DNA from: Candidatus Rokuibacteriota bacterium
GTDB taxonomy: Bacteria > Methylomirabilota > Methylomirabilia > Rokubacteriales > DASRDR01
Assembly (NCBI GenBank): GCA_044866005.1
Contig: JBIOTN010000190.1
Span: forward strand, 1 to 43,625
Reading direction: 5' to 3'
Length of the DNA: 43,625 nt
Positions 26,730 through 36,475 of the stretch are shown here, in pieces. The position numbers and the translations under genes are program-made. A model generated the notes under the pieces. The model saw only the letters and a program-made list of their open reading frames with translations, was not told where the DNA came from and made no database searches. Numbering within the stretch: position 1 is the stretch's first letter; each line of letters opens with the position of its first letter.

Positions 26730-27179
26730 GTGTTACGCTTCAGCAAGAAGGCCGATTACAGCTTGATGGCGGTCCATTATATCGCGTTCCACCAGCACGA
26801 CGGGGTGGTCAACGCGAGGCGGATCGCCGAGGATCTCGGGATCCCGACGGAGCTCCTTGCCAAGATCCTGCAACGCCTGGCGAAACGAAAGCTCATCCGG
26901 AGCGTCAACGGGCCCAAAGGGGGATACGTGCTCGCCCGGCCGCCGGGCCAGATCAAGGTCGGCGAGGTGCTCCGGGCGATCGACGGGCCGCCGAGCATCG
27001 TGCACTGCTACCAGACCTCCTACCAGTGCCCGCAGCTCGCGCGGTGCAACATCCGGACGCCGGTCCGCGTGATCCAGGCCAGCATCGAGCAACTCCTGGA
27101 CACCATGACCCTGGAAGAGATGAACAGCTTCAGCGCCCCGGGGGCGACGCCGCTGCCCCTGGTCGGAGCGCGTAACTGA
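26730..27179 (+). CDS. iscR: Rrf2-family Fe-S regulator (IscR-like)
   Basis: S--ADY-L, L-KILQ-L, S--GPKGGY-LAR, three C-terminal Cys (HC, QC, RC). First gene of the isc operon. Confidence 0.85.
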   Translation: MLRFSKKADYSLMAVHYIAFHQHDGVVNARRIAEDLGIPTELLAKILQRLAKRKLIRSVNGPKGGYVLARPPGQIKVGEVLRAIDGPPSIVHCYQTSYQCPQLARCNIRTPVRVIQASIEQLLDTMTLEEMNSFSAPGATPLPLVGARN

Positions 27180-27193
27180 GGAGACCGAGGACC

Positions 27194-28420
27194 ATGCCCG
27201 TCAAGCTTCCCATCTTCATGGACAGCCAGTCGACGACCCCGATGGACCCGCGGGTGCTCGAGGCGATGATCCCCTACTTCACGGAGAAGTTCGGGCACCC
27301 GGGAAGCCGGAACCACCCTTTCGGCTGGGAGGCCGAGGGGGCGATGGAGCGGGGGCGCGAGCAGCTGGCCAGGCTGATCGGCGCCCGCGACCCGAAGGAG
27401 ATCGTCTTCACCTCGGGCGGCACCGAGTCGGACAACCTCGCCCTCAAGGGCATCGTCGAGATGTACCGGGAGAAGGGGGACCACATCGTCACGACGGCCA
27501 TCGAGCACCGGGCGGTGCTCGATCCGTGCCGGCGACTGGAGAAGCAGGGCGTCAAGGTCACCTACGTCCGGGTCACTCCCGAAGGGCTGGTGGACGTGGA
27601 GGCGATCCGGAGCGCCATCACGGACAGGACCATCCTGATTTCGGTCATGTTCGCCAACAACGAGATCGGGACGATCCAGCCGATCGCCGAGATCGGGAAG
27701 CTCGCCAAGGAGCGGGGGATCCTCTTCCACACGGACGCCACGCAGGCCGTGGGGAAGGTGCCGGTGGACGTCGAGCGGATGGGCGTCGATCTCCTGACGT
27801 GCTCCGCCCACAAGATCTACGGCCCCAAGGGCATCGGGGCGCTCTACGTCCGGCGGAAGGGCCCCCGCGTGCGGATCGCGCCGATGATCGACGGCGGCGG
27901 GCACGAGCGGGGCGCGCGGTCCGGCACGGTGCCGGTGCCGTTGGCCGTGGCCTTCGGCAAGGCGGCGGAGATCTGCCGTGAGGTCATGGCCGAGGAAGGG
28001 GCACGACTGGCGAAGCTGCGGGACACGCTGCAGGACCGGATCCTCTCGAGCGTGGACGAAACGTATCTGAACGGGCACCCCGAGAAGCGCTTGCCCCACA
28101 ACCTGAACGTGTCGTTCGCGTACGTCGAGGGCGAGTCCGTCCTGATGGGGCTCAACAAGGAGGTCGCGCTGTCCTCGGGCTCGGCCTGTACGTCGGCGAC
28201 GCTCGAGCCCTCCTACGTCATCGCGGCGCTGGGGGTCGGTGCGGACCTCGCGCACTCCTCGATTCGGTTCGGGCTGCACCGGTTCACGACGGAAGAGGAG
28301 CTCGACTACGTCGCGAACCGGACGATCGAAGTCGTCGGGCGGCTTCGGGACATGTCGCCGCTGTACGAGCTGGCGAAAGAAGGAGTCGACATCAAGTCCA
28401 TCCAGTGGAAGGCCGAATAA
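27194..28420 (+). CDS. iscS: Cysteine desulfurase IscS
   Basis: TTPMDPRV, FTSGGTESDN, HTDATQ, SAHKIYGPKG, SSGSACTSATLEPSYV, LRDMSPLYE. Confidence 0.95.
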   Translation: MPVKLPIFMDSQSTTPMDPRVLEAMIPYFTEKFGHPGSRNHPFGWEAEGAMERGREQLARLIGARDPKEIVFTSGGTESDNLALKGIVEMYREKGDHIVTTAIEHRAVLDPCRRLEKQGVKVTYVRVTPEGLVDVEAIRSAITDRTILISVMFANNEIGTIQPIAEIGKLAKERGILFHTDATQAVGKVPVDVERMGVDLLTCSAHKIYGPKGIGALYVRRKGPRVRIAPMIDGGGHERGARSGTVPVPLAVAFGKAAEICREVMAEEGARLAKLRDTLQDRILSSVDETYLNGHPEKRLPHNLNVSFAYVEGESVLMGLNKEVALSSGSACTSATLEPSYVIAALGVGADLAHSSIRFGLHRFTTEEELDYVANRTIEVVGRLRDMSPLYELAKEGVDIKSIQWKAE

Positions 28421-28432
28421 GGGGGAGACTCA

Positions 28433-28846
28433 ATGGCCTACAGCGAGAAGGTCATCGACCACTACAACAACCCGCGGAACGTCGGCTCGTTCCCCAGGGA
28501 GCTGGCGGGCGTCGGGACGGGGCTCGTCGGCGCGCCGGAGTGCGGCGACGTGATGAAGCTCCAGATCAAGGTGAACCTCGACACCGGGGTCATCGAGGAC
28601 GCGAAGTTCAAGACCTTCGGTTGCGGGTCGGCGATCGCCAGCTCGAGCCTGGCCACCGAGTGGCTCAAGGGCAAGAGCGTCGACGAGGCGCTCCACATCA
28701 AGAACACGGACATCGTGAACGAGCTGAAGCTCCCCCCGGTCAAGATCCACTGCTCGGTCCTGGCGGAGGATGCCATCAAGGCGGCGATCTCCGATTTCCA
28801 GGAGAAGTGGGCGCGGAAGCAGGCCGAGGCGGCGGCGAAGGCGTAA
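28433..28846 (+). CDS. iscU: Fe-S scaffold IscU
   Basis: MAYSEKVIDHY, GAPECGDVMKLQI, FKTFGCGSAIASSS, LPPVKIHCSVLAEDAI. Confidence 0.97.
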   Translation: MAYSEKVIDHYNNPRNVGSFPRELAGVGTGLVGAPECGDVMKLQIKVNLDTGVIEDAKFKTFGCGSAIASSSLATEWLKGKSVDEALHIKNTDIVNELKLPPVKIHCSVLAEDAIKAAISDFQEKWARKQAEAAAKA

Positions 28847-28867
28847 GGGCGAGGGGGCGAGGACGTC

Positions 28868-29194
28868 ATGGCCGTGCAGTTGAGTCCCACGGCGCTCACG
28901 CGGGTGAAGGAGCTCATGGAGAGCCAGGGGCTCCAGAACGCTTTCCTGCGCATGGGCGTGAAGGGCGGAGGGTGCTCCGGGCTCTCCTACAACCTCGAGT
29001 TTGACACCGAGGTCGGGAAGTTCGACAAGCACTTTGACATCGACGGCATCAAGGTCGTGGTCGACGCGAAGAGCTACCTCTATCTGAACGGGTCGACGCT
29101 CGACTGGGTGAACCAGGGCCTCACGGGAGGCTTCACGTTCACCAACCCGAACGCGAAGTCGAGCTGCGGCTGCGGGACCTCCTTCACGACCTGA
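28868..29194 (+). CDS. iscA: A-type Fe-S carrier IscA
   Basis: GVKGGGCSGLSY, F-NPNAKSSCGCGTSF. Confidence 0.95.
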   Translation: MAVQLSPTALTRVKELMESQGLQNAFLRMGVKGGGCSGLSYNLEFDTEVGKFDKHFDIDGIKVVVDAKSYLYLNGSTLDWVNQGLTGGFTFTNPNAKSSCGCGTSFTT

Positions 29195-29292
29195 GTCGGA
29201 CGGAGCGCGGGCGTGTGACTTCGGTCCGGGGTGAGCTTTATGGAAGCCGGGCCTCGGGGGAGGCCCGGTCTGGTTTTGAGGCCAGCGTGACG

Positions 29293-29955
29293 ATGGAGCG
29301 GACAGATCCACGGACGGTGAAGTGCTGGGCGTGCCGGAGCGAGGCACCGGGCGGCGGGCTGTGCCCGGAGTGCGGCCGGCTCCAGCCGTTCCCGTCGGTG
29401 GCCGATCACTGGACCGTCCTCGGCCTCGACCGCCGGCTCGTGCTCGAGCGGGTCGACCTGGAGCGCCGCTTCCACGAGCTGAACCGGCGCTTTCACCCGG
29501 ACTACTTCCGCCTTCGCTCGCCCGAGGAGCAGGGGATCAGCCTGGAGAACTCCGCGGCCGTCAACACGGCGTACCGGACGCTGCGCGATCCGATCTTCCG
29601 CGTGGAGTACCTGCTCGCGCTCGAGGGGATGGCCCTCGGCAGCGCCGGGCAGACGCGGCCGCCCGCGGACCTCTTCGAGGAGATCATGGAGTTGCAGGAA
29701 GCGCGGCAAGAGCTGCCGACCGCGGGCCCGGACGCGGCCCCCGCGCTGCGCGCCCGGCTCGAGGCGGCCCGCGGTGACCTGGGGGCGCGGCGGGCGCGGA
29801 CGGAAGAGGAGCTCGTGGGCCTCTTCCCGCGCTGGGACGCGGCAGCGGAGGAGGAACGCCGCCGTCTCCTCGAGCGGATGCGCGATGTCCTGGCGACGCG
29901 CGCCTACCTCGGCACGATCCTGCGCGACCTCGCCGCGTCGCTCGGGGAGGCATGA
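29293..29955 (+). CDS. hscB: Co-chaperone HscB with N-terminal CxxC/CxxC motif
   Basis: CWAC...CPECGRLQP, J-domain FHPDYF, S..VN-AY-TLRDP..R.EYLL, E-MELQE. Confidence 0.9.
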   Translation: MERTDPRTVKCWACRSEAPGGGLCPECGRLQPFPSVADHWTVLGLDRRLVLERVDLERRFHELNRRFHPDYFRLRSPEEQGISLENSAAVNTAYRTLRDPIFRVEYLLALEGMALGSAGQTRPPADLFEEIMELQEARQELPTAGPDAAPALRARLEAARGDLGARRARTEEELVGLFPRWDAAAEEERRRLLERMRDVLATRAYLGTILRDLAASLGEA

Positions 29956-29959
29956 GGAG

Positions 29960-31846
29960 ATGACGGAGCTGCAGATCAAGCCGGCGACCCGGTCCAGGGC
30001 CGGGGGGATGGCGAAGGAGCTCGTGGTCGGCATCGACCTGGGCACGACGAACAGCCTCGTGGCCTACATGGACGGCCACGTGCCGCGGGTGATCGAGGAC
30101 GACGCCGGCCGGGCGCTGCTGCCGTCAGTGGTCGCCTTCGGACCGGAGGGCGCCGTGGTCGGCGACGCCGCCAAGCGCCAGCTCGTCCGCAACGCCGAGC
30201 ACGCGGTGTACTCCATCAAGCGCTTCATGGGGAAGGGCTACGAGGACGTCAAGGAGGAGCTCCGGTATTTCCCCTTCCGCGTGACGCCGAGCCAGGAGGT
30301 CGTGCGGATCCGCATCGGGGACCGCGAGCTGACCCCGCCCGAGATCTCCGCCCTCGTCCTCAAGGAGCTCAAGCGCCGGGCGGAGCGCCACTTCGGGCGA
30401 TCGGTGGAGAAGGCGGTCATCACGGTGCCCGCGTACTTCAACGACAGCCAGCGGCAGGCCACGAAGGATGCCGGCCGCATCGCCGGCCTCGACGTGCTGC
30501 GGATCGTCAACGAGCCGACGGCGGCGTGCCTGGCCTACGGGCTCCAGCGCAAGAAGGAAGGCGTCATCGCCGTGTACGACCTGGGCGGGGGGACGTTCGA
30601 CATCTCCGTCCTCAAGGTCAAGGACGGGATCTTCGAGGTCCTCTCGACGAACGGGGACACTCACCTCGGCGGAGACGACTTCGACCGCACGCTCGTCGAC
30701 GTGATCCTCGCCGACGCGCACGCCCGCCACGGCGTGGACCTCTCCGGCGATCCCGAGGCGATGCAGGAGATCCGACTGGGGGCCGAGGCGGCCCGCATCG
30801 TGCTCTCCAGCGCGGAGCGGACCGTGCTCACCATCCCGATGCCGCAGCACGGCTTCGACTACCGGCGCGAGCTGACCCGCGGCGAGCTGGAGAGCCTGAT
30901 CGACCCCGTCGTGGAGCGGACGCTCGGGCCGTGCCGGATGGCGCTCGCGGACGCGGGCATGGGTCCGGCAGACATCCACGAGGTGGTGCTGGTGGGCGGC
31001 GCGACACGGACACCGCTCGTGCGCCGCCGGGTGGAGACGCTGTTCGGCAAGGCGCCGCACGCGGAGCTGAACCCCGACGAGGTCGTGGCGCTCGGCGCCG
31101 CGGTGCAGGCCGACATCCTGGCCGGCGGCATCACGCACATGCTGCTCCTCGACGTGACCCCGCTGTCGCTCGGCATCGAAACGCTCGGCGGGGCGGTGAG
31201 CGTCCTCATCCCGCGGAACACGACGATCCCGACGTCGGCCAAGGAAGACTTCACGACATCCGTCGACGGCCAGTCGGTCGTGGACATGCACGTCGTGCAG
31301 GGCGAGCGCGACCTGGCCAAGGACAACCGGAGCCTCGCCCGATTCGAGCTACGCGGTGTCCCGCCCATGCCGGCGGGCCTCCCGCGGATCGAGGTGTCGT
31401 TCCTGATCGACGCCAACGGGATCCTCGGCGTGACCGCGAAAGAGGTGCGGAGCGGCACTCAGGCCTCGGTGGAGGTGCGGCCGACGTACGGGCTGACGGA
31501 AACCGAGGTGGAGCGGATGATCGAGGAGTCGCTGGAGCACGCGGAAGAAGACGTGCAGGCGCGCGGTCTGATCGACGCGCGCAACGAAGCGGACACGGTG
31601 CTGCGCGCGACCGAGAAGGCGCTGGGGCAGGCCAGCGCGCTCCTCTCGGCCGCGGAGGTCGAGCGGATCCACGCGGCGGCGGCCGAGCTCCGGTCGCTTC
31701 GCGAGGCGGACGACGTGAACCGGATCCGCGGCGCGACGGACCGCCTGAACCAGGAGACCCAGCACCTGGCCGAGCTCTTGATGGACGGGGCGCTTCGGGA
31801 CGCCTTGCAGAACCGCCGGATCACCGAGGCGATCGAGAAGAAGTGA
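29960..31846 (+). CDS. hscA: Hsp70 chaperone HscA
   Basis: [57 protein letters not shown]; isc operon context. Start could be ATG 30008. Confidence 0.92.
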   Translation: MTELQIKPATRSRAGGMAKELVVGIDLGTTNSLVAYMDGHVPRVIEDDAGRALLPSVVAFGPEGAVVGDAAKRQLVRNAEHAVYSIKRFMGKGYEDVKEELRYFPFRVTPSQEVVRIRIGDRELTPPEISALVLKELKRRAERHFGRSVEKAVITVPAYFNDSQRQATKDAGRIAGLDVLRIVNEPTAACLAYGLQRKKEGVIAVYDLGGGTFDISVLKVKDGIFEVLSTNGDTHLGGDDFDRTLVDVILADAHARHGVDLSGDPEAMQEIRLGAEAARIVLSSAERTVLTIPMPQHGFDYRRELTRGELESLIDPVVERTLGPCRMALADAGMGPADIHEVVLVGGATRTPLVRRRVETLFGKAPHAELNPDEVVALGAAVQADILAGGITHMLLLDVTPLSLGIETLGGAVSVLIPRNTTIPTSAKEDFTTSVDGQSVVDMHVVQGERDLAKDNRSLARFELRGVPPMPAGLPRIEVSFLIDANGILGVTAKEVRSGTQASVEVRPTYGLTETEVERMIEESLEHAEEDVQARGLIDARNEADTVLRATEKALGQASALLSAAEVERIHAAAAELRSLREADDVNRIRGATDRLNQETQHLAELLMDGALRDALQNRRITEAIEKK

Positions 31847-32169
31847 TGGCCAAATACCGGGTGACGTTCCTGCCTCAGAACGTGACGGTCGAGGTGGACG
31901 ACAAGGACTTCCCGTACGGCGACCACGGCAAGCCCGGGTCGCTGCTCGACATCGCGCTTCACAACAACGTCCCGATGGAACACAACTGCGGCGGCAACTG
32001 CGCGTGCACCACCTGTCACGTGGTCGTGAAGGAGGGAGCGGAGAACCTCTCGCCGATGGAGTCGGACGAGGAGGATCGTCTGGACACGGCGACCGGTCTG
32101 ACGCTCCGATCCCGGCTCGGATGTCAGGCCATCGTGCAGGGGGATGTGATCGTCGAGGTCGTGGAGTAG
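31846..32169 (+). CDS. fdx: ISC [2Fe-2S] ferredoxin
   Basis: EHNCGGNCACTTCHV, EEDRLD, SRLGCQ. ATG overlaps the hscA stop. Confidence 0.93.
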   Translation: MAKYRVTFLPQNVTVEVDDKDFPYGDHGKPGSLLDIALHNNVPMEHNCGGNCACTTCHVVVKEGAENLSPMESDEEDRLDTATGLTLRSRLGCQAIVQGDVIVEVVE

Positions 32170-32236
32170 CCGTGCCGGTGCCCGTCGCATCTCGGCGTCC
32201 TGCATCGCGGCCGAAACGCGCTCGGCCCGGCGTCCT
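32170..32236. repeat. Partial R2 repeat inside the isc operon
   Basis: CCCGTCGCATCTCGGCGTCCTGCATCGCGGCCGAAACGCGCTCGG, nearly identical to 10215-10258. Confidence 0.75.
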
Positions 32237-32251
32237 TTGAGGAGCCCGACC

Positions 32252-32464
32252 ATGGCGCTCAAATGGAACGACGCGGAAGAGATCGGCATCCGGCTGGCGG
32301 AGAAGTTCCCGGACGCCGACCCGCTGACGGTCCGGTTCACGGACCTCCACCGGTGGGTCACGGAGCTTCCCGACTTCGAGGACGACCCCAAGGCATCCAG
32401 CGAGGGAAAGCTGGAGGCGATCCAGATGGCGTGGCTGGAGGAATACCGCGCCAACCGGGAGTGA
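32252..32464 (+). CDS. iscX: Fe-S assembly protein IscX
   Basis: LKWND...I...L....PD-DPLTVRFTDLHRWV..L..FEDDP..S-EGKLEAIQMAWLEE. Confidence 0.95.
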   Translation: MALKWNDAEEIGIRLAEKFPDADPLTVRFTDLHRWVTELPDFEDDPKASSEGKLEAIQMAWLEEYRANRE

Positions 32465-32680
32465 CGGCTCCGGGCCGAGACCCGTCGCGATCTTCGTCTC
32501 GGCCGACGCGTCTCGCGCCTGCGGCGCTCGATCCGCGGCGGCCTTGGGGCGTCCTGCATCACGGCCGGGACGCGCTCGGCCGGCGGCCTCGCGGCCGTCC
32601 CGGCCTCCGGGGCCCTCGCCGCGCCTCAACGTATGCGCGTCTCGGGCCTGCGTCCTTGACCTGCTCGGGCCTCGGCCGGG
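32465..32680. repeat. Mosaic R2 repeat element
   Basis: Contains CCTCAACGTATGCG, CTCGGGCCTGCGTCCTTGACCTGCTCGGGCCTCGGCC and segments shared with 10201-10395. Confidence 0.78.
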
Positions 32681-32709
32681 AGTTGGGCCAGGAGGCGGTT
32701 AGGGTGGAG

Positions 32710-32982
32710 CTACCACGAGACCACGGTGTCCGCGGAGAAGATGAGCTCCAGGAGACGGCTGTGGTCGATCGCGGGGTAGGGCGAGCCGCTCGCGCCGGGC
32801 TTTCCCCCCTCGGCGAGGCGAAAGACCGTGCCCGGCAACGGCTCGGGGAAGCGCGTCGCGATCGCGGCGTCGTGGACGAGCACGATCTCGAGCGTGATGG
32901 AAGGGTCCCGCGCCTGCTGCGCGAGCACGTCGAGCGCCGTGCGGTCCGTGGGATCCTTGAGGAGGTGCAGCAGGCGCGGCAC
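32710..32982 (-). CDS. DsrH/TusB-like small protein
   Basis: LLHLL.., IVLVHDA, C-terminal IDHSRLLELIFSADTVVSW; third gene of the DsrEFH-like trio. Confidence 0.65.
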   Translation of the reverse strand: MPRLLHLLKDPTDRTALDVLAQQARDPSITLEIVLVHDAAIATRFPEPLPGTVFRLAEGGKPGASGSPYPAIDHSRLLELIFSADTVVSW

Positions 32983-32988
32983 GGGGCC

Positions 32989-33342
32989 TCAGAAGACCAG
33001 CACGCGATCGCTCTGCGCCACGAGCGCGGCGAGCCCCTCGCGGGTGATCGGGATGACCGGGGGACCACCGGCGTTCCAGGCGCCGTTCGCCGGAATCGCC
33101 TCGCGCGCGACGTGGAAGGCCTGGCCGAGCTTCTTGAGCGTGGTGACGTGCTTGAGGATGTCCTCGCCGTCGACGTAGTCCTCGACGTCCGGGTGGAAGA
33201 TCTTCGCGGCCGGGCCCAGCAGGACGATGGTCACGTCGTTCTCGCCCGCGATGATGCCGAGCGCGATCCGGATCGCCTCGTTGGCCCGATGAGACGTCTC
33301 GGGGTCCGCGGAGATGAGCACGAGTACGTGTTCGGCGGCCAT
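32989..33342 (-). CDS. DsrF/TusC-like (DsrE family) protein
   Basis: VLVLISADP...HRANEAIRIALG, VTIVLLG-A, ...LAALVAQSDRVLVF; contains no Cys. Confidence 0.7.
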   Translation of the reverse strand: MAAEHVLVLISADPETSHRANEAIRIALGIIAGENDVTIVLLGPAAKIFHPDVEDYVDGEDILKHVTTLKKLGQAFHVAREAIPANGAWNAGGPPVIPITREGLAALVAQSDRVLVF

Positions 33343-33375
33343 CGAGGTTATGCGGGGCAGGCGGTCGGCACGCGA

Positions 33376-33714
33376 CTAGTTCAGGGCGACGAAGCGCTCA
33401 CACCCGTTGATCAAATCGGTCAGGACGACCAGCCCGCAGTAGGTCGCCTTGTCCGTGATCGGCAGCCGACGACGCTGGCAACCGTAGGCGCAGACGAAGA
33501 GCTTCGCACCGTGGCGCCCCAGCTCGAGGACCCGCTCGTCGTCGATGTTCGCGACGCCGTCGTCCACCAGGTAGAGATAGAGGTCGGCGCCCCGGGCCAG
33601 GGCGGTCCGGCTGAGCTGGAGACAGGTCTCGAGATTCGGATGCTCCGGCTTCGTCGACAGCAGGATGCCGAGCTTCCGGCCCTGCAGCGATCCCTCTCTC
33701 GCGGTCGCGCTCAT
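33376..33714 (-). CDS. DsrE/TusD-like sulfur-relay protein
   Basis: KLGILLST-P, LYLYLVDDGV, KLFVCAYGCQRR (conserved Cys), GLVVLTDLI..CERFV. Confidence 0.78.
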   Translation of the reverse strand: MSATAREGSLQGRKLGILLSTKPEHPNLETCLQLSRTALARGADLYLYLVDDGVANIDDERVLELGRHGAKLFVCAYGCQRRRLPITDKATYCGLVVLTDLINGCERFVALN

Positions 33715-33735
33715 GGATGTGGCGCCTTCGCTCGT

Positions 33736-33764
33736 ACGCTAACATCCGGTACCGAGCCTGTCAA
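33736..33764 (-). promoter_or_regulatory. sigma70-like promoter of the dsrEFH-like operon
   Basis: Minus strand TTGACA (33764-33759), 17 nt, TAGCGT (33741-33736) with an extended TG. Confidence 0.6.
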
Positions 33765-33827
33765 CGCGCGCGGCCCGATTCGAGCGCGGCGTCGCGCGGA
33801 CGGAGGCGTGCCGAGGTGACGATGGGA

Positions 33828-34982
33828 ATGCGGCGGGTCTACCTGGACCACAACGCCTCGACGCCCATGCATCCCGACGTGCTCGCGGCGATGTACCCCT
33901 ACTTCGCCGAGCAATACGGGAACCCCTCGAGCATCCACACCTTCGGGCGCGAGGCGCGCGACGCGGTGGAGGCGGCGCGCGAGGAGATCGCAGGCTTCCT
34001 GGGCGTGGCGAGGGGCGAGATCGTCTTCACGTCAGGCGGCACGGAGTCCGACAATCTCGCGATCAAGGGGGTGGCCCACGCCCACGGGCGCGGCCACGTC
34101 ATCACCTCCCAGGTGGAGCACCACGCGGTGCTGCGGACCTGCCAGGCGCTCGAGCGGGCGGGATTCGCCGTCACGTACCTGCCCGTGGACGCCGACGGCC
34201 TGGTCGACGCGGAGGACGTCCGGCGCGCGCTCCGGTCGGACACGATCCTGGTGACGATCATGTTCGCCAACAGCGAGGTCGGCACCATCATGCCGATCGA
34301 GGAGATCGGTCGGATCGCGCAGGAGCGCGGCGTGCCGTTCCACGTGGACGGCGTGCAGGCCTTCGGGAAGATCCCCTTCGACGTGCGGCGTGCGGGGATC
34401 AGCCTGCTCTCCTGCTCCGCGCACAAGATCTACGGCCCCAAGGGCGTGGGCGGCCTCTACATCCGGAAGGGGACGCGCATGGTGTCGGTCCAGCACGGCG
34501 GCGACCACGAGCGGCGCCGGCGCGCGGGGACGGAGAACGTCCCCGCGATCGTCGGCTTCGCCAGGGCCGTCGCGGCGCGCGCGCGCGAGATGGGCGACGA
34601 AGCCGAGCGCCTGCGCGCGCTGCGCGATCGCCTGTGGGCCGGCATCCAGGCCAAGGTGCCCGACGTCAGGCTCAACGGCCATCCCGCCCGCCGCCTGCCG
34701 GGCACGCTCAACCTGAGCTTCCGCGGTGTCGAGGCCGAGTCGCTGATCCTCGCGCTCGACCTCAAGGGTATCGGCGCGTCGGCCGGCTCCGCGTGCACGT
34801 CGGGCAGCCTCGAGCCCTCCTACGTGCTCACGGCCATGGGGATCCCGGCCGAGTGGGCGCTCGGCGCGCTTCGCTGCTCGCTCGGCCGCGGCACGACTGC
34901 CGAGGACATCGACTACGTGCTGGAGGTGCTGCCGGCCGCGGTGGATCGTCTCCGGGTCCTGTCGCCGGCCGGCGCCGGCTGA
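33828..34982 (+). CDS. iscS: Second group-I cysteine desulfurase (NifS/IscS-like)
   Basis: VYLDHNASTP, GNPSSIH, FTSGGTESDN, HVDGVQ, SAHKIYGPKG, RAGTENV, SAGSACTSGSLEPSYVL. ATG 33828 (or 33822) follows GAGGTGA. Confidence 0.92.
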   Translation: MRRVYLDHNASTPMHPDVLAAMYPYFAEQYGNPSSIHTFGREARDAVEAAREEIAGFLGVARGEIVFTSGGTESDNLAIKGVAHAHGRGHVITSQVEHHAVLRTCQALERAGFAVTYLPVDADGLVDAEDVRRALRSDTILVTIMFANSEVGTIMPIEEIGRIAQERGVPFHVDGVQAFGKIPFDVRRAGISLLSCSAHKIYGPKGVGGLYIRKGTRMVSVQHGGDHERRRRAGTENVPAIVGFARAVAARAREMGDEAERLRALRDRLWAGIQAKVPDVRLNGHPARRLPGTLNLSFRGVEAESLILALDLKGIGASAGSACTSGSLEPSYVLTAMGIPAEWALGALRCSLGRGTTAEDIDYVLEVLPAAVDRLRVLSPAGAG

Positions 34983-35368
34983 TGTACAGCGAGACCCTCC
35001 TCGACCACTTCCGCGCCCCGCGGAACGTGGGGATGATGCGCCAGCCGGACGCGGTGGGCGAGAGCGAGGACCCGACCTGTGGCGACCTCGCCCGCTTCCA
35101 CCTCCGGATCCGGGAGGGCCGGGTCGCGGAAGCGCGGTTCCAGACCTACGGCTGCGGGCCCTCGATCGCGGCCTCGAGCCTGGCCACCGAGCTGGTCCGC
35201 GGCCGCAGCGTGGACGAGGTGGCCGCGCTGACGCCGGAGGCCGTGGAGCGCGCGCTCGGCGGGCTGCCGGAGGCGCGCCGCCACGCGGCGTCGCTGGTGG
35301 TCGCCGCCCTCGGTATCGCCGCCGCGCATTACCGCCACGTGCGCGGACAGGAGGTCAGCCGTGTTTGA
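34982..35368 (+). CDS. IscU/NifU-N-like protein lacking the third Cys
   Basis: [34 protein letters not shown]. The LPPVKIHC motif reads [11 protein letters not shown] overlaps the iscS2 stop. Confidence 0.85.
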   Translation: MYSETLLDHFRAPRNVGMMRQPDAVGESEDPTCGDLARFHLRIREGRVAEARFQTYGCGPSIAASSLATELVRGRSVDEVAALTPEAVERALGGLPEARRHAASLVVAALGIAAAHYRHVRGQEVSRV

Positions 35369-36041
35369 GGCACTCCGCCGCGATGTGCAGGCGGCGATGG
35401 ATCGGGACCCCGCCGCCCGGGGCCGGGCCGAGGTCTTCCTCTGCTACCCCGGCGTCCACGCCCTCGCGTTTCACCGGTTGGCCCACCGCCTGTGGAACGC
35501 CGGCTGGTACGTGACCGCCCGATTCGTCTCCCACGCGTCGCGCTTCCTCACGGGCATCGAGATCCACCCCGCCGCGCGCCTGGGGCCCGGCGTCTTCATC
35601 GACCACGGGATGGGCGTCGTGATCGGCGAGACGGCGGAGGTCGGGGAGAACGTCACGCTTTACCAGGGCGTGACGCTGGGCGGGACGAGCCTCAAGCGCG
35701 AGAAGCGCCACCCGACCCTCGAGCGGAACGTCGTGGTCGGCACGGGTGCGGCGGTGATCGGCGCGATCACGGTCGGGGAGGGTACCCGGGTGGGCGCCGG
35801 CTCGGTGGTCGTGCGGAACGTGCCGCCGAACTCCGTCGTCGTGGGGGTCCCCGGCAAGGTGATCTTCCGTGACGGCAAGCCCGTCGCCGAGCATGTCGAC
35901 CTGGAGCACACCGATCTGCCCGACCCGGTGGCGAAGGCCATCGAGCAACTGCTGGACCGGCTCCACAGGCTGGAAGCCGAGGTGCACGCCCTGCGGAAGA
36001 CGGTGGGGGACACCGCGGCGGCGCCCGACCGTCCGGTCTGA
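35361..36041 (+). CDS. cysE: Serine O-acetyltransferase
   Basis: [51 protein letters not shown]. Confidence 0.95.
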   Translation: MFEALRRDVQAAMDRDPAARGRAEVFLCYPGVHALAFHRLAHRLWNAGWYVTARFVSHASRFLTGIEIHPAARLGPGVFIDHGMGVVIGETAEVGENVTLYQGVTLGGTSLKREKRHPTLERNVVVGTGAAVIGAITVGEGTRVGAGSVVVRNVPPNSVVVGVPGKVIFRDGKPVAEHVDLEHTDLPDPVAKAIEQLLDRLHRLEAEVHALRKTVGDTAAAPDRPV

Positions 36042-36210
36042 GGGCGACGCGGCCCCGCCGACGCCGCGCCACCGCGGGCCGCCGGCGGCGGGGGTTCGGG
36101 CCCCGAGGGGGCGTTGGACGCTTCGTGGTAGATTCGGGCTGCGCGGGCCCGCGCCTGCGGGGCCGGCGGCGCAGCCGGCCGTGCCTTCTGGCCTGTCAGG
36201 GGAGGAGACG

Positions 36211-36399
36211 GTGACGTTCAAGGACGCGATGACGGTAACGGAGGCGTCGAAGTTTCTGTCCCTCGATGAGGGCACGCTGGCGCAGATGGCCGAGGAGCGG
36301 CGGATCCCGGCGATCAAGCTCCATGGCCAGTGGGTCTTCTCCCGGAAGTCGCTCCAGAAGTGGCAGCGGCAGGAGGCACGCCGGGCGAGCCGCGGGTAA
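36211..36399 (+). CDS. Small excisionase-like HTH (HTH_17) DNA-binding protein
   Basis: MTFKDAMTVTEASKFLSLDEGTLAQMAEERRIPAIKLHGQWVFSRKSLQKW. Strong RBS GGGGAGGAG; candidate extended -10 TGgTAGATT near 36126-36134. Confidence 0.8.
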   Translation: MTFKDAMTVTEASKFLSLDEGTLAQMAEERRIPAIKLHGQWVFSRKSLQKWQRQEARRASRG

Positions 36400-36475
36400 C
36401 CGCGATTCCGGCCAGGGCGCCGGGTTGGTCCGGCTGAGCGCGCCGTCCCCGGAGGACCGGCACGAAGCGAGAGCG

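Noticed and set aside
36211..36399. Prophage or integrative element suggested by the excisionase-like HTH
   Set aside because: No integrase, att repeats, tRNA target or compositional shift.
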